Shown: positions 23,587 through 38,384, counted from the first letter of the stretch. The stretch is DNA of 64,000 bases from Mobula hypostoma (GCF_963921235.1 NC_086110.1:12958001-13022000), one strand, 5' to 3'. Translations and numbers: made by a program. Notes: generated by a model not told the origin, from the sequence alone.

Positions 23587-26500
23587 AGGCAGAATAATGT
23601 GGTTCAGATTTAAACCCTGTCTCGGCTGGGAGGAAAATAAGAACTCTTACAATTCTAATCTTTACATGGCCTACCTAGTGCTTTCGTGATTATGTTGGAA
23701 ATCTTGCCTTCTTGCTGAATAAAGGAATTATCCAAATCTTTATTGAGACATAAATTTAACTCTGCACTCTGCGCATTTTGATGGCAGAGATGGAAATCCG
23801 CTTAGGAGTTGAAAAATGTCTAATAAAATAAGCGGACAAAAATAATAACGGTATTTCTTCATTCCAATTTACCTTTGCAGCTTTGCTCCATTTCAATCAT
23901 ATACCTTCGGTCAAATAGCACCCTGCTTGTTTCTCTAGTAAAGCAGTTACGCTCATGCGGCCAAAAGAATTTAAGCTGCGACGGGTGCGGACGGTGTTAC
24001 ATAAATGAAAAATTTGCTTCTCTTGATAAATTCCTTTACGGTTTGGTTATAACGGTTCGACTAATGAACGACTGCTTAATGTCTGGATTGCAAAACAAAA
24101 AGGAAATGATGAACGAGCCTGGTTTGAACAGCAAGTACATTGCCCCGGACGTCGAAATGCACATATCTCCTGCACAATGTATGATCTTGGGTTCTGAGCA
24201 TTGATGACAAAGAGAAACGACATATAGCCGCGTATTCAAAAACGAATTAATAATGAAATATGCTGTTTGACAAGATTAAAGAAATTGTCAAGAAATATTC
24301 TATTGCTCCCAGTAAGGAGCTTTATAAAGAGAGGGTCGAACTTCAAGCAATTTTCATGTAATTTAAATGCTTAACTTTCATGAAACAAAAGCAGAAAATG
24401 TGAAACCTTCAGAAATTAATTCCACTGACAGATTTCAATCTGTTTTCTCAAAGTAGGCCGCAGAGTACTCAGGTTTCTTACCCGCTGCTGTGACCAGCTC
24501 GCACGTAGAACTCACTGAAAAGCAGCAGCAAATGCTGTCTGTGATAGAAATAGATTTCGGGTATAGGATGTTGATCACATAAGGAGAGAGCTTAGATTTG
24601 AAACAGTAACTTATTCAGTTGAATGATAACAGAGATTCGATAAAATCTATAAAGAGCGCATCGAGGAAGCCTCAGATGATTGATTGCAGTTCCGAGGCTC
24701 CATTTTAAATCCAATAAACACGAGCAGTTCCATGAGGGGAAATGCTGCTATTTCCAATGTCTCCTACAGTTCCACAAAGTATATGACAGACAACAGGATA
24801 GTCAATCGAGCAAAAATTTTAACCCGATACAGAAAAAAAGGGTTAGCACGCACCCTTGTGTCTAAGCTATCGGGGCATAAATTGTTATCCATTTATAAAA
24901 TAACAACACGGAATATTGAAAAGCAGCTTGGTTGGCAATGAAACAATACTGAGCTTCCATATATTTCCTACGAACGGAGTTAAGATCCTGATTACCATGT
25001 CAAACACCTCGCCATTTTGAGCAGTTATGTTTCCGAATTTCCACGAAGCGATGGGGATGTTTTGCCATTTTCATCGAAGCTTTGTCACCATTTTTAAATT
25101 GTATCTCCTGTCTTCTTAGATCTGAAATTATGTGGCTGCTTGGGGCGTAAAGTTGTTCCTGGGTAACACAATTTTTGACTATTCGATCCCACGGGATGTA
25201 ATTGAGGTCTGTTTGTTGAGGAGTTTATCCGGGAGAGGATATGGACGTTGTGAACCTTATCCTGCTGTGGAGCTGTGAACCGTAAGAGGCAATTCTAATG
25301 AGGGAGAGCTTAGTTTTACGTTACAGGTAACTTGTGATGCCGAATACAAAAATGTGTCTGCGGCAGAAAACACTATTTCCAGAAGGTAAGTTTTCTGTCG
25401 AGATTTCTGCCTTGATCTTCAGATATTCCTTTTTCTCGACAGATAAATACCAAGGATGAGAGTACTCTGTTTAGTTCCCCATGAACCACTCTCTGTTCTC
25501 CATTAGTCCATTCTTCATGTGGTGTAAGAATAGAGCAGTAACTTGGAGCAATTACTACGCACTTCAAAATAAGTTTGCTGATAAAAATTGGCCTCGGTTG
25601 AGCACGGTTGGGATTATCATGGTAGCTCTTAGATGCCAAAGTGAATAACGCTGCCGATCATTTTCGGTTTTAAATGCTTTAGAGATGAACTTACGTCTCT
25701 ATGTTTTCACCAGCATAAATTTGCTCAGCATTAACTTGCGCGGAAAAGCAAGCACAGCTCTGGTTAGGCCAAAGGATTGAGTGTAAATCTAGATTTCTAA
25801 TTTGCGAGACCTTACTTCCCCTTTCATTCAAAAGCATAATGGAAAACTTTAGATCCAGAAGCAACTCTCGACATTGCCACTTCATGTAATGTTGTCTACC
25901 TGTTCCTTGTTCCCTTAACACTGCTTTTAACATAGCAACGGACCAGTACAGCGCAGGATTCGGACATTCGGCTAAGCTGTCTGTCGCGAACATGATGCCA
26001 AACTAACCAAATATCTACTAGCTGCAGTCCCTCATTTAATTAAACAGAAAGGAGAATGTTTTCCCCATGAAATCGGCTTATCATGTCTTTTAATCTTCAA
26101 AGTAATTGGTTCCCCATTCAATGGTGTCAGAGAATGACCCACACATAAATATCATGGATTTAGCTAATTTAAGAATTCTTTCGTACACTTATTTCCAGAA
26201 TGAACATAGCACAGAAACAGAAAATATAGACGTTGCAGCACAGCTTGAGAAACAGTTAGCTGACAGGAGCAAAATATCAAATATTGCTTAAATTAAACTT
26301 ATTGACCTACTCTTAAACGTCAAGTGTGGTAACACGAGCTGTCTGCTACATAGAGGTTTCAGAGAGGAGCAACCTTCGACCACAAATTTTCCATGATGTT
26401 ACCAGCAGGCTCACGAGTGCAATTCTATTCTCAGGTAGCATATTAGGTCCCATTGACACAAGGTACAAATGCAATGTTGGTAAACTGACAGATGAATTAA

Positions 26501-27379
26501 AGTTCTATTCCGAACATCTTTGTTACAGACAACTTGCAGAAGTTTGCATGCAAATATTCGCATTTGTGAATAATAAACAGGATGTGAAAATATATCTATT
26601 TTAAGAGGATATGAAACTTCGTCGGAATTGAACAAAAGCAGCTGGCCTTTCAAATGGGCAGATAAAATAGGAAAGGAAACACAAGAATGTACTCACTTCT
26701 TTCAAAGTTAATTGAAATACTTTGATTCATAATTCACGAATTTAGAGTTAGCAGTCCAGAAACACAATTCTGTGAAAAGCAGGTAAATGGAAGTGTTAAT
26801 TCTGTTGATCTGCCTGCACATTCTAAGCTGATCTGCTGAACATTCCGTGCATTCCATATTCAATAGTCCAGCAAGTTGGGCCATTGTTCTTTTTTGTTAT
26901 CTATTCTATTAGGCCACTTTATATTCCTTGAATATGGAAGTTTATTCAGTTTCTTATGCTACCATAATCTGTAAATATCCTGATTCCCACAGGTGTAAAT
27001 GATCGGCGAGATGAGTATGCCATTTGGAACAATTTCCAACTGCTGAGGCAGCTGGCATGAAAGGAGGGTTAGGGAGGTATAGATTCTGGATGGTGATATG
27101 CAGAATGGCAAAAGCTACCAGTTCTGGAATCTAACAAATAAAGGAGAGAGATAATGGGGGATCATTAGGGGAGAGGTGAAGGGCAGATGGAGCCAGGGCA
27201 AGTTGGGGGAAGGGGAAGGCTTTGTTTGAATTGTGTGTGTTGTGGATGGCTGCAACCACTGGGTAGAAAAGTTTTTTGGAAAATGGTGCTTCTTCAGATG
27301 TGGATGGGATATTCTGCCTGAAGCTGAATGGAATGATAATTTCACATTACTTGTATCAGGAAGAAAATTGGAGAAGCAA

Positions 27380-28690
27380 GGCATAAACTTTTATTGCTTA
27401 TAAAGCGTTTAATTTTATAATGGTAATGTTGCCTGGCAATAATTCAACTAAGCTAAAGTATTTTGTGAAGATTTCCGTTTGTATTCAATGCCGAAGGCTT
27501 CTTGCATAAGTGTCCAACAACAATTCGCCAACATTAATGGATTCCTGCTGCCTTGATTCAATTTTTTTCATGACCTCAATCTTCTTCTGAATCCTTTCAC
27601 CATGCTCGTTACGAACGGCACCAAGATTTGCATGAAAGAAGTCTAAATGGGAATGCAGAAAATGATTTTTTCTGACATACTGCACTTCATGGTTTTGTAT
27701 GCTTGAAGTATGTTGTCAAGCAGTTGCATGCAGTTGTATTCTCTGTGGTTGCCAATAATTTTTTTCAACGACATCCTTGAATGCCTTCCACTGGATTTTC
27801 TCTGGTCCCTCTAGACATTCTTCGAATGGCCTGCCATTGATGACCTGTTTGATATTCGGACCAACAGGAAAAGCCTTCCTTAATTTTGGCATCACTTATT
27901 CTGGGAAACATCTCTCTCAAATATCGAAATCATCCACAGAAGTTCTTATACCCGGAGACAGCAGATTTCATCCTTGTAGTTTTGAACCCAGTAATTCTGA
28001 TTTTGCCTTTGACAAACCCAAGTCGCTGACAAAGTCATTTAACTCAGACTGAGTATCACAAGAGGCTCACTCGACATAAAGAGTCCAAAATCTGTATCGG
28101 TATCAGTGTCGTTTTTCTATTCCTGCCTCTTACACATTGTAATCTTCGCCTTCCTCCTCTAGACTCTATGTCCCTGGTGTCTTCAGTACTGTAGGACTAT
28201 CATCATGCGGCTGAAGTCTCGCTGCTGAAAGGAGATTGCAGTGTTCAATCGATTTCTTGTGTATAACAGAGAAACCAGACACACTGGTCAGATGGAACTA
28301 GCTCTCGCCATGTCATCGGTACCACGATTGCTGTTGTCTTCCGAATATCTCTGAGCCAAAGTCTCAGATCAATAACGCCTGTTGAGCAACAAATGTGAAG
28401 AGCCCAGGCATTGTTTTGGTCGCCAATTTTACACTCAAGGTAGAACTCATAGGCTTTCTTAAAAAGAAGAGCTATGCTTCGTGGTTGAGGTTTAAGCTGA
28501 TACTCGCCACTGGTATAACGGAAAATACCCAGGTTGATGCAACATTGGCGAGACATCTTGCTTTCACAAATACTACTGAAAATAAAATTACTTGACTATA
28601 ATGAATACACACAATATGCTATGCCCGCCGAGCATGCGCATGAACATGACCAATGTACACTTAAACGCAACGGAAAGAACAGAGTGTGCA
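27380..28690 (-). mobile_element. DNA transposon relic, probably Chapaev3-like (CMC superfamily)
   Basis: N-terminal AYEFYLECKIGDQNNAWALHICC..PMTWRE and C-terminal HFLHSHLDFF..NLGAV..EHGER motifs; family assignment is from recall; boundaries approximate. Confidence 0.65.
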
Positions 28691-29829
28691 TGATGCTTTT
28701 ATAATCTTTCTAAAACCTGTCCTGCCATGCAGTATCCGCCCTGCCTAATGCCCCAACAAGAAGAAAACTTCTCAGCTTACATCGTGGGCAACCATTAAAT
28801 TGACTTGAATTATGAATTGAAATAACAAATATAGGCGATTTAAAAATGGTATGTGATAGGGAAACTTCATGGTGACTTTCATGATCAGCAGCACAAAATC
28901 TCTAAGACAAACCGAAAGGTACCAAGGATGTAATTTCTTTGTTGTCCAGTGAACTCGAAGGGGTGGTGGCGAACACATGTGCCTTGGAGCTGAGGGGTGG
29001 AAGCAGATGGGGCGGGCGAGACACAGTATACCAGGGTTTATCTACAGCTGCCGAACGTGGTATCCAAGCTCTTGGGTTATGGAATATGAAAGCAGAATAC
29101 CCAGAGACAGGCAACAGAATGTTATCTTTTGATGCAAAGGACCTGGTAAGGGATAAGAAAGCCGTGCTGCAGCAAGGGAAAATGACTCGGTTCAGCCACA
29201 ACGGCGAACCATTCTGATCTTTTTAAATGGTATGTTTTTCTTAGAGGAAGTACAATGAAGTTTCTCTAAATTGGATCAAACAACATCGATGGAGAGAAGT
29301 GAGCAGTCAAAGTTTCGTATTCAGACTCTTCATCAGGACTGGAAGAACGGAAAGGAGCAGGACAGGTAGCTGGTATTAAAGGTCAGGAAAAGGTTGGAGC
29401 AAGAGATGGAGAGTAATAACTGGGTCCAGGTGAGGAAGTGATTAGCATCACTCTCCGAAATCACTTGATCCTCCCTTACATTCCTCACAAACTACCTCGA
29501 TGTTTAATCAGACTTAAGTCCTCACTCACGATCATGGCGGATCCAATCAGAAACTTTGATTCTGCTTTCCTTTTCGTCTTCAACTCACATCGGTATCAGT
29601 CAGCAGTACTTTGTAGCTAATTGGTTGCTTTCTAAAGTTCTCTGGAAAACTAATGATATGATTTACGCCATGTAATCTAAAAGGTTGGAACAATGAAGAA
29701 AATCATATTTCAAATCTCGTTTTGCCAGAGAGCGCGTTTGCGTTCAGCTAATGAACTAACGATTCGTATGAATAATGGTGCCCACGACTGAGGTACAAAA
29801 CTGTCCTCTCTAATACTCCCTCTAATTTT

Positions 29830-30240
29830 CATTTAGCATAACCGAGAAGGTCATCTGCTTGAGTTATAACAGTTTTCTATTATTGGCCTAGCAAGTCGGC
29901 CAGTGTTTAAACAGGACTCCGGCGAAATATTATAAGAATCGAACAGACCGATTGCTTCCCGATGCACAGGATGGACCGAAGTAGTGATTCGGAAAAGGTC
30001 AAAGGTGGAGGTATCTGTTTCAGGATAAACTGTACTTCTCCGATGTAGCAGTTTTCTCATGATCTTGTTCGTCCGAACTTGAACATCTGGGGATCAAACA
30101 CCGGCCGTTCTATTTACCAAGAGAGTTCTCTTTCATGATCCTGACCGCAGTTTACATAGCACCATCATCCGAATGAGTTACTATATGATGCCATCGCCAA
30201 GTAGGTAACAGTCCATCTCGATGCATTTCAGACCATAGTC
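29830..30240 (-). mobile_element. Rex/Babar-type LINE fragment
   Basis: Degenerate similarity to LINE endonuclease/linker sequence; heavily decayed. Confidence 0.4.
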
Positions 30241-30289
30241 GGGGAATTCAATGAGACTTGTTTGAAGAAATTCCTGCCCAATTACCCTC

Positions 30290-31925
30290 AGCACATAACG
30301 TGCAGCACCAGAAGACCAAGAAGAACTCAGCAGGCCAAGCAGAATTTATGGAACAGAATGAACAGTCAACGACTCGGGCCGAGATCCTTCATCAGAACTG
30401 GAAAGGAAGGGGAAGAAGTCAGAATAAGAGGGAGAGGAGGAATCTTGGTTCAGAACACATCTTTAACAATTTCTTGTTGGGATCCTTTGACTTCCTTCAA
30501 ACCCAAGGTGCAGCTATGGGCAATCGCATGAGTCCTAGCTATGCTTGATGTTTCGTTAGACATGTGGAACAGACAATGTCCCAATATTACACTGGCATCG
30601 GCCCCTGACACTTCCAACATTACATTGACGACTGCTTTGGTGCTGCTTCCTGCACCCATACAAGGCTCTTCAATTTCAGCGAAGTTGTTTCCAATTCCGA
30701 ACCTTGCCACAATTTTTTTGTTCAATTTCTGAAATATGTCTCCCCTTTCTCGATAGCTGTCTCAATCGCAGAAGACAGTCTAACTACAGATATATTTTAT
30801 GAACCCATTGACTCTCAGAGCTATCTGGACTATACTTCTATCCACACTGTCACTTCTAAAAATGCCAGTCCCATCCAGATGAGTTTCTCCATCTCCACCG
30901 CATCTGCTCGCATGATGAAGCTTTCATTCCAGAACTATTGAGATGTTCTCCTTCTTCAAGGAAAGGAACTTTCTTTCCTCCACTATCCACACTGCCCTCA
31001 CCCTCGTCTCTTCAATTTCGTGCCATCCTCCCACTGCCATACAGTGATAGGATACCTCTTGCCCTCAGGTACCACACCACTACCTCCGCGTCCAGCATAT
31101 CATTCTATGTAACTACCACGATTTCCTACAGGAACTCACCACCATGCGTATCTTCTCCTACCCCTCCCCCCACCTTCCGCTCTCCATAGGTCATCCCTAT
31201 GCAACCTCTTAGTCCACTCGTCTCACCCAATTCATCACACTCCGGGCACTTAGTCTTCCAAGCAGAACAAGTGCCACAGTTGCCCATACAACCTCCTCGC
31301 TTACCACCATTCAGGGCACGAAACAGTGAAGCGACACTTCAGCTGCGATTCTACTGCGGTTACTTACTGTATCCACAGCTCCGTGCGTGGCATCCTGGTT
31401 TTTGGTGAGACCTGACGTAGACCGGGAGAACGCTTCAACGAGCACGTTCTCTCCGTCTGCAACAAAAAGTGAGATTTCCCGGTGGCCACTCATTTCAATT
31501 CCACTTCCCATTTCAATTCCAACATGTCAGACCTCTACTGCCGCGATCAGGCCACACTCTGGTTGGAAGTGCAACACCTTACATCCTCTCTGGGTAGACT
31601 CCAACCCGATGTGATCAACTTCCGGTAATTCCTCCCCTTCCCCTCCCCATCACTTCCCATTCTAGTTTCAGTCTCTCACTTTACCTCCCCATCACCTCCC
31701 TCTTGTAATCCTCCTCCTCCTTCCCTTTCTTCCGACCTCTCATATTGGGCTCCCCCTTCTCCAACCCTTCAGTTCTTTCAACAATCAGCATCCCAGCTCT
31801 TCAGTTCTCCCCCTCCCTGTCTCCGGGTTCCATCTGTCACCTGCCACCTTGAACGTTGACTATTTATTCTCTTTGATAGATGCTACTTGCCCTGCTGAGT
31901 TCCTGCAGAATTTTGTGTGTGTTGA
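30290..31925 (+). mobile_element. Old Penelope-like element with short inverted 5' arm
   Basis: FLQTQGAAMGNRMSPSYA RT motif, YIDD-like region, GIY-YIG-like segment about 31300-31620; terminal GATGCT..CTGCTGAGTTCC copy at the 3' end and inverted at about 30320-30400. Confidence 0.8.
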
Positions 31926-31934
31926 TTTGAAACC

Positions 31935-33470
31935 AGGCGACATAGGTAACAATAATGCTTACCGGCCAGATGAACTAAATATCTTCTGTGCTTGCCGTGA
32001 TCGGAAAAACATGAAGGAACCGTCACGAACTCCCACAGATCCCGATGATTCCGTGATTTCAAGCTCTGAGACGACTTAACAGCACTCTTTAAGACAGAGA
32101 ACCCACGGAAAGCATTTGGCCCAGATGGGATACCTGCCGAGAACTAAAGAAGTGTGCTGATCTAAGGTGCTCACCTGCTTTAAGCAGGCTCCGATTATAC
32201 CGGTGCTTCAGAAGAACGTAGTACCTGCTATCGTCCTGTAGCACTTCGATCCAGAGTGACAAAGTGTTTTGAGAGATTGGTAATGTAACAGATGAACTGC
32301 TGCCTAAAACGTGACTTCGATCCACTCTACTTTGCCTACCTTTACGACAGATCTACAGTAGGTGCTATTTCATTGGCTCATCGATTACCCTGGAATATCT
32401 GGATACATCAGGATGCTTTTTATCGACTCATCTTGGAATAGAATACTATCAGTTCCTCAAAACTAATCAACGAGCTTGACGATTTTAGCTTCAATACCCG
32501 TTTGAGCAATTTATTCTGCGATTTCCTCACTTGTAGACCCCAGTGATTACAGACTGGCAACAGCATCTCCTCCACAAGCTGCACCTGCATAGGTGCCCCA
32601 CAACGCTGTGTGATCACCATCCTGCTCTGATCGAGTTACACCTATAACCGTGTGGCTAAGCACAGCTCCAAGTTTTCTGAGGACACCACTGTCGTAGACG
32701 GAATCAAAGGTGAAAACCAATTAGTATATAGGAGGTAGATTAAAAATCTCTCTGCGTGGTGCCACAGCAAAAAAAAAAACGAAAACAAACAAACAAACAA
32801 ACAAAAACTTTTATTCTTTGTCAGCAAGAGCAACGAGCTGATTATTCACTTCAGGAAGAAGAAACCGGAGGTCTATGAGCCAGTCCTCATCGGGGGATCA
32901 GAGTTAGAGAGGGTTACCCATTTTTAAATGCTCAATGTTATCATTTCAGAGGACCTTTCCTGGTTATGATGACAGCATGGCAGGGCATCTACTTCCATAG
33001 CAGTTTGCGAAGAAATAGCTTTGACAAACTGCTGTAGATGTGCAGTGGATATTAGATTGAAACTCCTAAGCCCCAGAACTGAAATACCTTCAAAATGTGG
33101 TGGATACGGCGCAGCCCAATACAGGTAAAGTCCTGCTCACCACTGAGCCCACCTACATGCAGAGATATCGCAAGCAGCATCATCCGTCATCACAGACCCC
33201 CACCAGCCAGGTCATACTTTTTTCTCGATACTGCCCTCAGAAGAAGATACAGGAGACTCTGAACTTATACCACCAAGATCAGGATTTTTTTTTTTCCCTC
33301 AACAATCAGGCTCCTGAACTAGAGGGATTAACTGTGCCGATTTTCACATGATCTATCACTGAACTGTTCCCACAACCTATGTCCTCACTTTCAAGGACTT
33401 TTCGTTTCATGCTCTCGATTGTTACTGCTTATATATTATTATTATTATTGATATTATTACATTTTATTAT
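31935..33470 (+). mobile_element. Decayed Rex/Babar LINE
   Basis: PDELNIF, DPLYFAY, GAPQ, KFSEDTTVV and KSNELIIHFRKKK motifs; AT-rich 3' tail. Confidence 0.7.
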
Positions 33471-34070
33471 ATCTTTTCTCAGCTGAAGCTGGTGAAAGCT
33501 GAAGTATGGCCTGAGCCAAACACACTCAGTTCACAATTGATAGGAATATTCAGACAATTCCAGTGATGTTTAGTATGTGGTTTCTGAAGATCTACATCAA
33601 TTTTACTGTGTACACCGAATTGTTTGATGATACTGTAGAGTGACTTTGGGATGATACCAGTTGTAGATTTTACTATTTGGACAGTACATCTGGTTCATGT
33701 TCCACAGTCGTTCAATTTTCTTTTTCCATCAAGAATATTTTCGGTGTTTTTCACTTATTTATTTCTGTATGTTTTGTGCGCTTGGAATGTTTATACCTAT
33801 TAAGGATGTTGTCCTTGCTGATTCATCCTGTAATCTATTCGCACAGTTATTATGGATTGTCCTGTCTCTTATTCGTTTGCCTCTGCCACTGTGAGCACTG
33901 TTCTATGATGTTAGACCGTGTGAAGGTCTAGTTAACTCAGCCTCTGTTTATCCTGAAGCCTCCTTGCTCTTTCTTCAAGCACGCATCTACAACACCTGAA
34001 TCCGTTGGATAACGACTAAATTTTACACAACAGGCAGATAAAGCTTCGAAGGATGTACGTTCTGTAATGA

Positions 34071-35786
34071 TACTTTGGTTTTGTCTTCACTAAGGAGGAC
34101 ATAAATAATCTTCCGGAAATAGTAGGGGACAGAGGGTCCAGGGAAATGGAGGAACTGAGGGAAATACATGTTAGTAGGGAAGTGGTGTTAGGTAAATTGT
34201 AGGGATTAAAGGCAGATAAATCACCAGGACCAGATGGTCTGCATCCCAGAGTGCTTAAGGAAGTAGCACAAGAAATAGTGGATGCATTAGTGATAATTTT
34301 TCAAAACTCTTTAGATTCTGGACAAGTTCCTGAGGATTGGAAGGTGGCTAATGTAACCCCACTTTTTAAAAAAAAGGAGGGAGAGAGAAACCAGGGAATT
34401 ATAGACCGGTTAGCCTAATATCGGCGGTGGGGAAACTGCTAGAGTCAGTTATCAAAGATGTGATACAGCACAGTTGGAAAGTGGTGAAATCATCGGAGAA
34501 AGTCAGCATGGATTTATGAAAGGAAAATCATGTCTGACGAATGTAACTAGTAGAGTGGATAGGGGAGAACCAGTGGATGTGGTATACTTGGATTTTCAAA
34601 AGGCTTTTGCAAGGTCCCACACAGGAGATTAGTGTGCAAACTTAAAGTACACGGTATTGGGGGTAAGGTGTTGATGTGGATAGAGAATTGGTTGGAAGAC
34701 AGGAAGAAAAGAGTGGGAATAAATGGGACTTTTTCAGAATGGCAGGCAGTGACCAGTGGGGTACCGGAAAGCTCAGTGCTGGGACCCCAGTTGTTTACAA
34801 TATATATTAATGACTTGGATGAGGGAAATAAATGCAGCATCTCCAAGTTTGCGGATGACACGAAGCTGGGCGGTAGTGTTAGCTGTGAGGAGGATGTTAA
34901 GAGGATGCAGGGTGACTTGGATAGGTTAGGTGAGTGGACAAAGTCACGGCAGATGCAATTTAATGTGGATAAATGTGAAGTTATCCACTTTGGTGGCAAA
35001 AGGAGGGAAACAGATTATTATCTGAATAGTGGCCGATTAGGAAAAGGGCAGGTGCAACGAGACCTGGGTGTCATTATACACAAGTCATTGAAACTGGGCA
35101 TGCAGGTACAGCAGGCGGTGAAAAAGGCGAATGGTATGCTGGCATTTAAAGCAAGAGGATTCGAGTACAGGAGTAGGGAGGTACTACTGCAGTTGAACAA
35201 AGCCTTGGTGAGACCACACCTGGAGTATTGTGTGCTGTTTTGGTCCCCTAATCTGAGGAAAGACATCCTTGCCATAGAGGGAGTACAAAGAAGGTTCACC
35301 AGATTGATTTCTGGGATAGCAGGACTTTCATAGGCTGAAAGAGTGGATGAACTAGGCTTATACTCGTTGGAATTCAGAAGATTGAGGGGGGATCTGATTG
35401 AAACGTATAAAATCCTAAAGGGATTGGACAGGCTAGATGCAGGAAGATTGTTCCCGATGTTGGGGAAGTCCAGAACGAGGGGTCACAGTTTGAGGATAAA
35501 GGGGAAGCCTTTTAGGACCGAGATTAGGAAAAACTTCTTCACACAGAGAGTGGTGAATCTGTGGAATTCTCTGCCACAGGAAACAGTTGAGGTCAGTTCA
35601 TTGGCTATATTTAAGAGGGAGTTAGATATGGCCCTTGTGGCTAAAGGGTTCAGTGGCTATGGAGGGTAGGCTGGTACAGGGTTCTGAGTTGGGTGATCAG
35701 CCATGATCATACTGAATGGCGGTGCAGGCTCGAGGGGCCGAATGGCCTACTCCTGCACCAATTTTCTATGTTTCTATGTTTCTATG
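34071..35786 (+). mobile_element. CR1 LINE (family B), 5'-truncated, young
   Basis: Very similar to 46962-48688; few disabling changes (indels, stop at 35331); (TTCTATGT)n tail. Confidence 0.97.
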
Positions 35787-36169
35787 TCTAAGTAACATTA
35801 TTTGTGTGACTCTGATTCTGACACTGGACCAGTCTTGTATTTATAGCAATGTATGATTTCTTTTATCAGGTTGTATTTTAAAGCAAGGTTTTGGTGAATA
35901 GTGTTTGCTATGTCATAGTGCCGGTGCAAGTAATAAGATTGAGTTAAACTGCTGCAGGATCCTGTAATGTTTTCGATCTATCTTTTCTTTTCTTTTGAAA
36001 TGTTCTACAATTATCATCTTGAATTTGTTAGTTTTTAATATATTTTTGCTAATTACTGCTGTGTGAACCATCAGGTCCTGTATGTTATATGAATATGAAT
36101 GGTAACGATTGCGGGACTATGACACGTGTATATCCGGATGCCTGATTCGCAGGAGGCTACCATGAACCC

Positions 36170-37240
36170 GCGTCAATAAAGTTACAAAATGTCCAGATGC
36201 GATCCCCGGAATGCAGACTGCAAACAAACTATGCAAATGCAGATGTAAATAAATAGCAATAAATAACAAGTGTGAATTAACAATGTAGCAGAGACCTTAA
36301 ATGAGTGTAGATATCCCTTTTGTTGAAGAGCCTGATGTTTGAGAGGTAAGAACTGTCCTTGAACCCGGTGGTATGAGTCCTGAGGCAACTGTACCTTCAA
36401 CCTGATGGCGGGAGCGAGAAAGGAGTATGGCCTTGGTGGTGAGGATCTTTGATGATGGATGCTGCTTTTCTATGGCAGCGTTTCATGCAGATGTGCTTAA
36501 TGGTCAGGAGGGTTTTACCTTGCTGTACTGGACCGAATCCACTACTTCTGTATGATTTTCCGCTCAAAGGCATTGGTGTTCCCTTACCAGGCTGGAATAC
36601 AGCCAGTCAGCACACTTTCTACCACGCATCTATAGAGATTTGCCAAAGTTTTCGATGACATGCAGAACCTCCTTAGGAAGTAGAGGCGCTGTCGTGCTAT
36701 CTCCGCTATAATATTTATATAATGAGTCCAGGACATGTCCTCTGAGATAGTGACACCTAGGACGTTAAAGTAACTGACCCTATCGAACTCTGATCCTCCG
36801 ATGATTACTGGCTCTGGACCTCCAGTTTCCCTTTCCTGAAGTCTACAATCAGTTTCTTGGTCTTATTGACATCGAATGAGAGGCTGTTGTTATTGCACCA
36901 CTCAGCCAAGTTTTCAATATCTCTCCTGTATGCTGAATCATCATCCCTTTTGATACAGCCGTCCATCGTGGTGGCGTTAGCAAATTTGTATATGGTGATG
37001 GAGTGTACATAGCTACACAGATATAGGTGTAAAGCGAGTGGAGCAGGGAGTAAAGTACGCAACTCTCCGGTGCTCCTGTGCTGATGGAGATTGTGGAGGA
37101 GATTTTTTTGCAATCCGAACTAACCCTAATGCTGGCGAGCACAAGTGAGCAAATCCAGGATCCAATTGCACAAGGGCGTATTGCCGGCCAGTGTTTAGAG
37201 TTTACTGTTTGGTTTTGCCCAGTTGATGGTATTAAATGCC
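36170..37240 (-). mobile_element. Rex/Babar LINE 3' fragment
   Basis: ISTGAPESCVL, KFANATTMDGCI..DDSAYRRDI..KTKKLIVDFRK on the minus strand. Confidence 0.75.
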
Positions 37241-38384
37241 GATCTGTAATATAAATCTCCGGAAAATAAATATAAAGGAGGGAGGTAAGACTGTAGATGA
37301 ATAGACTCGGGGCATCACATCTGGTGGACTGAGCACAGTATTAGTGAGCTAATTCACAGTATTGTTCTCTAATCAGGAAGGAAATACACCAGCCTTAGGG
37401 CCCAGACCACCAGTTTAGGAACAATGATTACCTTCAACCATCAGGCTTCGGAAACAACGTGGATAATTTCACTCTTCTCAAAACTGAACTGATTCAACAA
37501 ACGATGGACTTGTTTTCAATTACCTTAGAAGTCATGTTCTCAGCATGTGTCCTGACCAAATTATTTATGATTATTACAATATTTTGTAATTACACAGTTG
37601 CCTTCTTTTGCTCATTGGTTGTTCGTCAGTCTTTGTATGCAATTTTTCATTGATTTGATTGCATTTCTTTGTTGCGCTGCGAATGCCCGCAAGAAAATGA
37701 GTTTCGGGGTAATAAATGGTGATATATACCTACTTTGATATTTAGTTTACTTTGACGGCTGAACTTTAAGGAATTGTGCAAATACATTGGAAACAGTTCT
37801 GCGTGATAGTATATAAGAATGATCCGCAGATTGGCGAGCAGTCAGATAAAGCATGTTGGCCCGGCTGTATTTGCATCAGCTGAAGTTTAGAAAAGTAAAA
37901 GTGGTATCGATTGATATGTATTTGATCTTGAAGCCTCTAAAAGGGGTAGCTATGAAAGGCTTATATGCCCAAGTGAGGAAAAATAAATTATTCTCAGTGT
38001 TTCGAGTCTTTGGATCTCGCTTCCTGAAGCAAAACATTGAAAGCTATATTTTGTGTCATTTTAAGGCAGGTGATAAAATCTGCTCAAGATGCAAGAAGTC
38101 GAAAATTTCTGTGAGTGGGCGGCGTAGAAATTTGATGTTACCGTCAGATCAGATTCAATTTTATTGAATGGCGAAGCATGTCGAGTTGCCAAGTGCCCTA
38201 CTTCTGCCATGTTGTTTTCCCAGTAATCAGCAGACTTTTAAAATTCCAGATATATCTTTTAAATCGCCGTATTATTAGAAGGTAAGCTGCCTTCTCTTTT
38301 GAATCACCGCCAACATTTCACTGCAGCGAGGTGCATTGAACAGCCCCGAATTTTGTCTCAATTTCAAAACTGCATGGTATTCTA

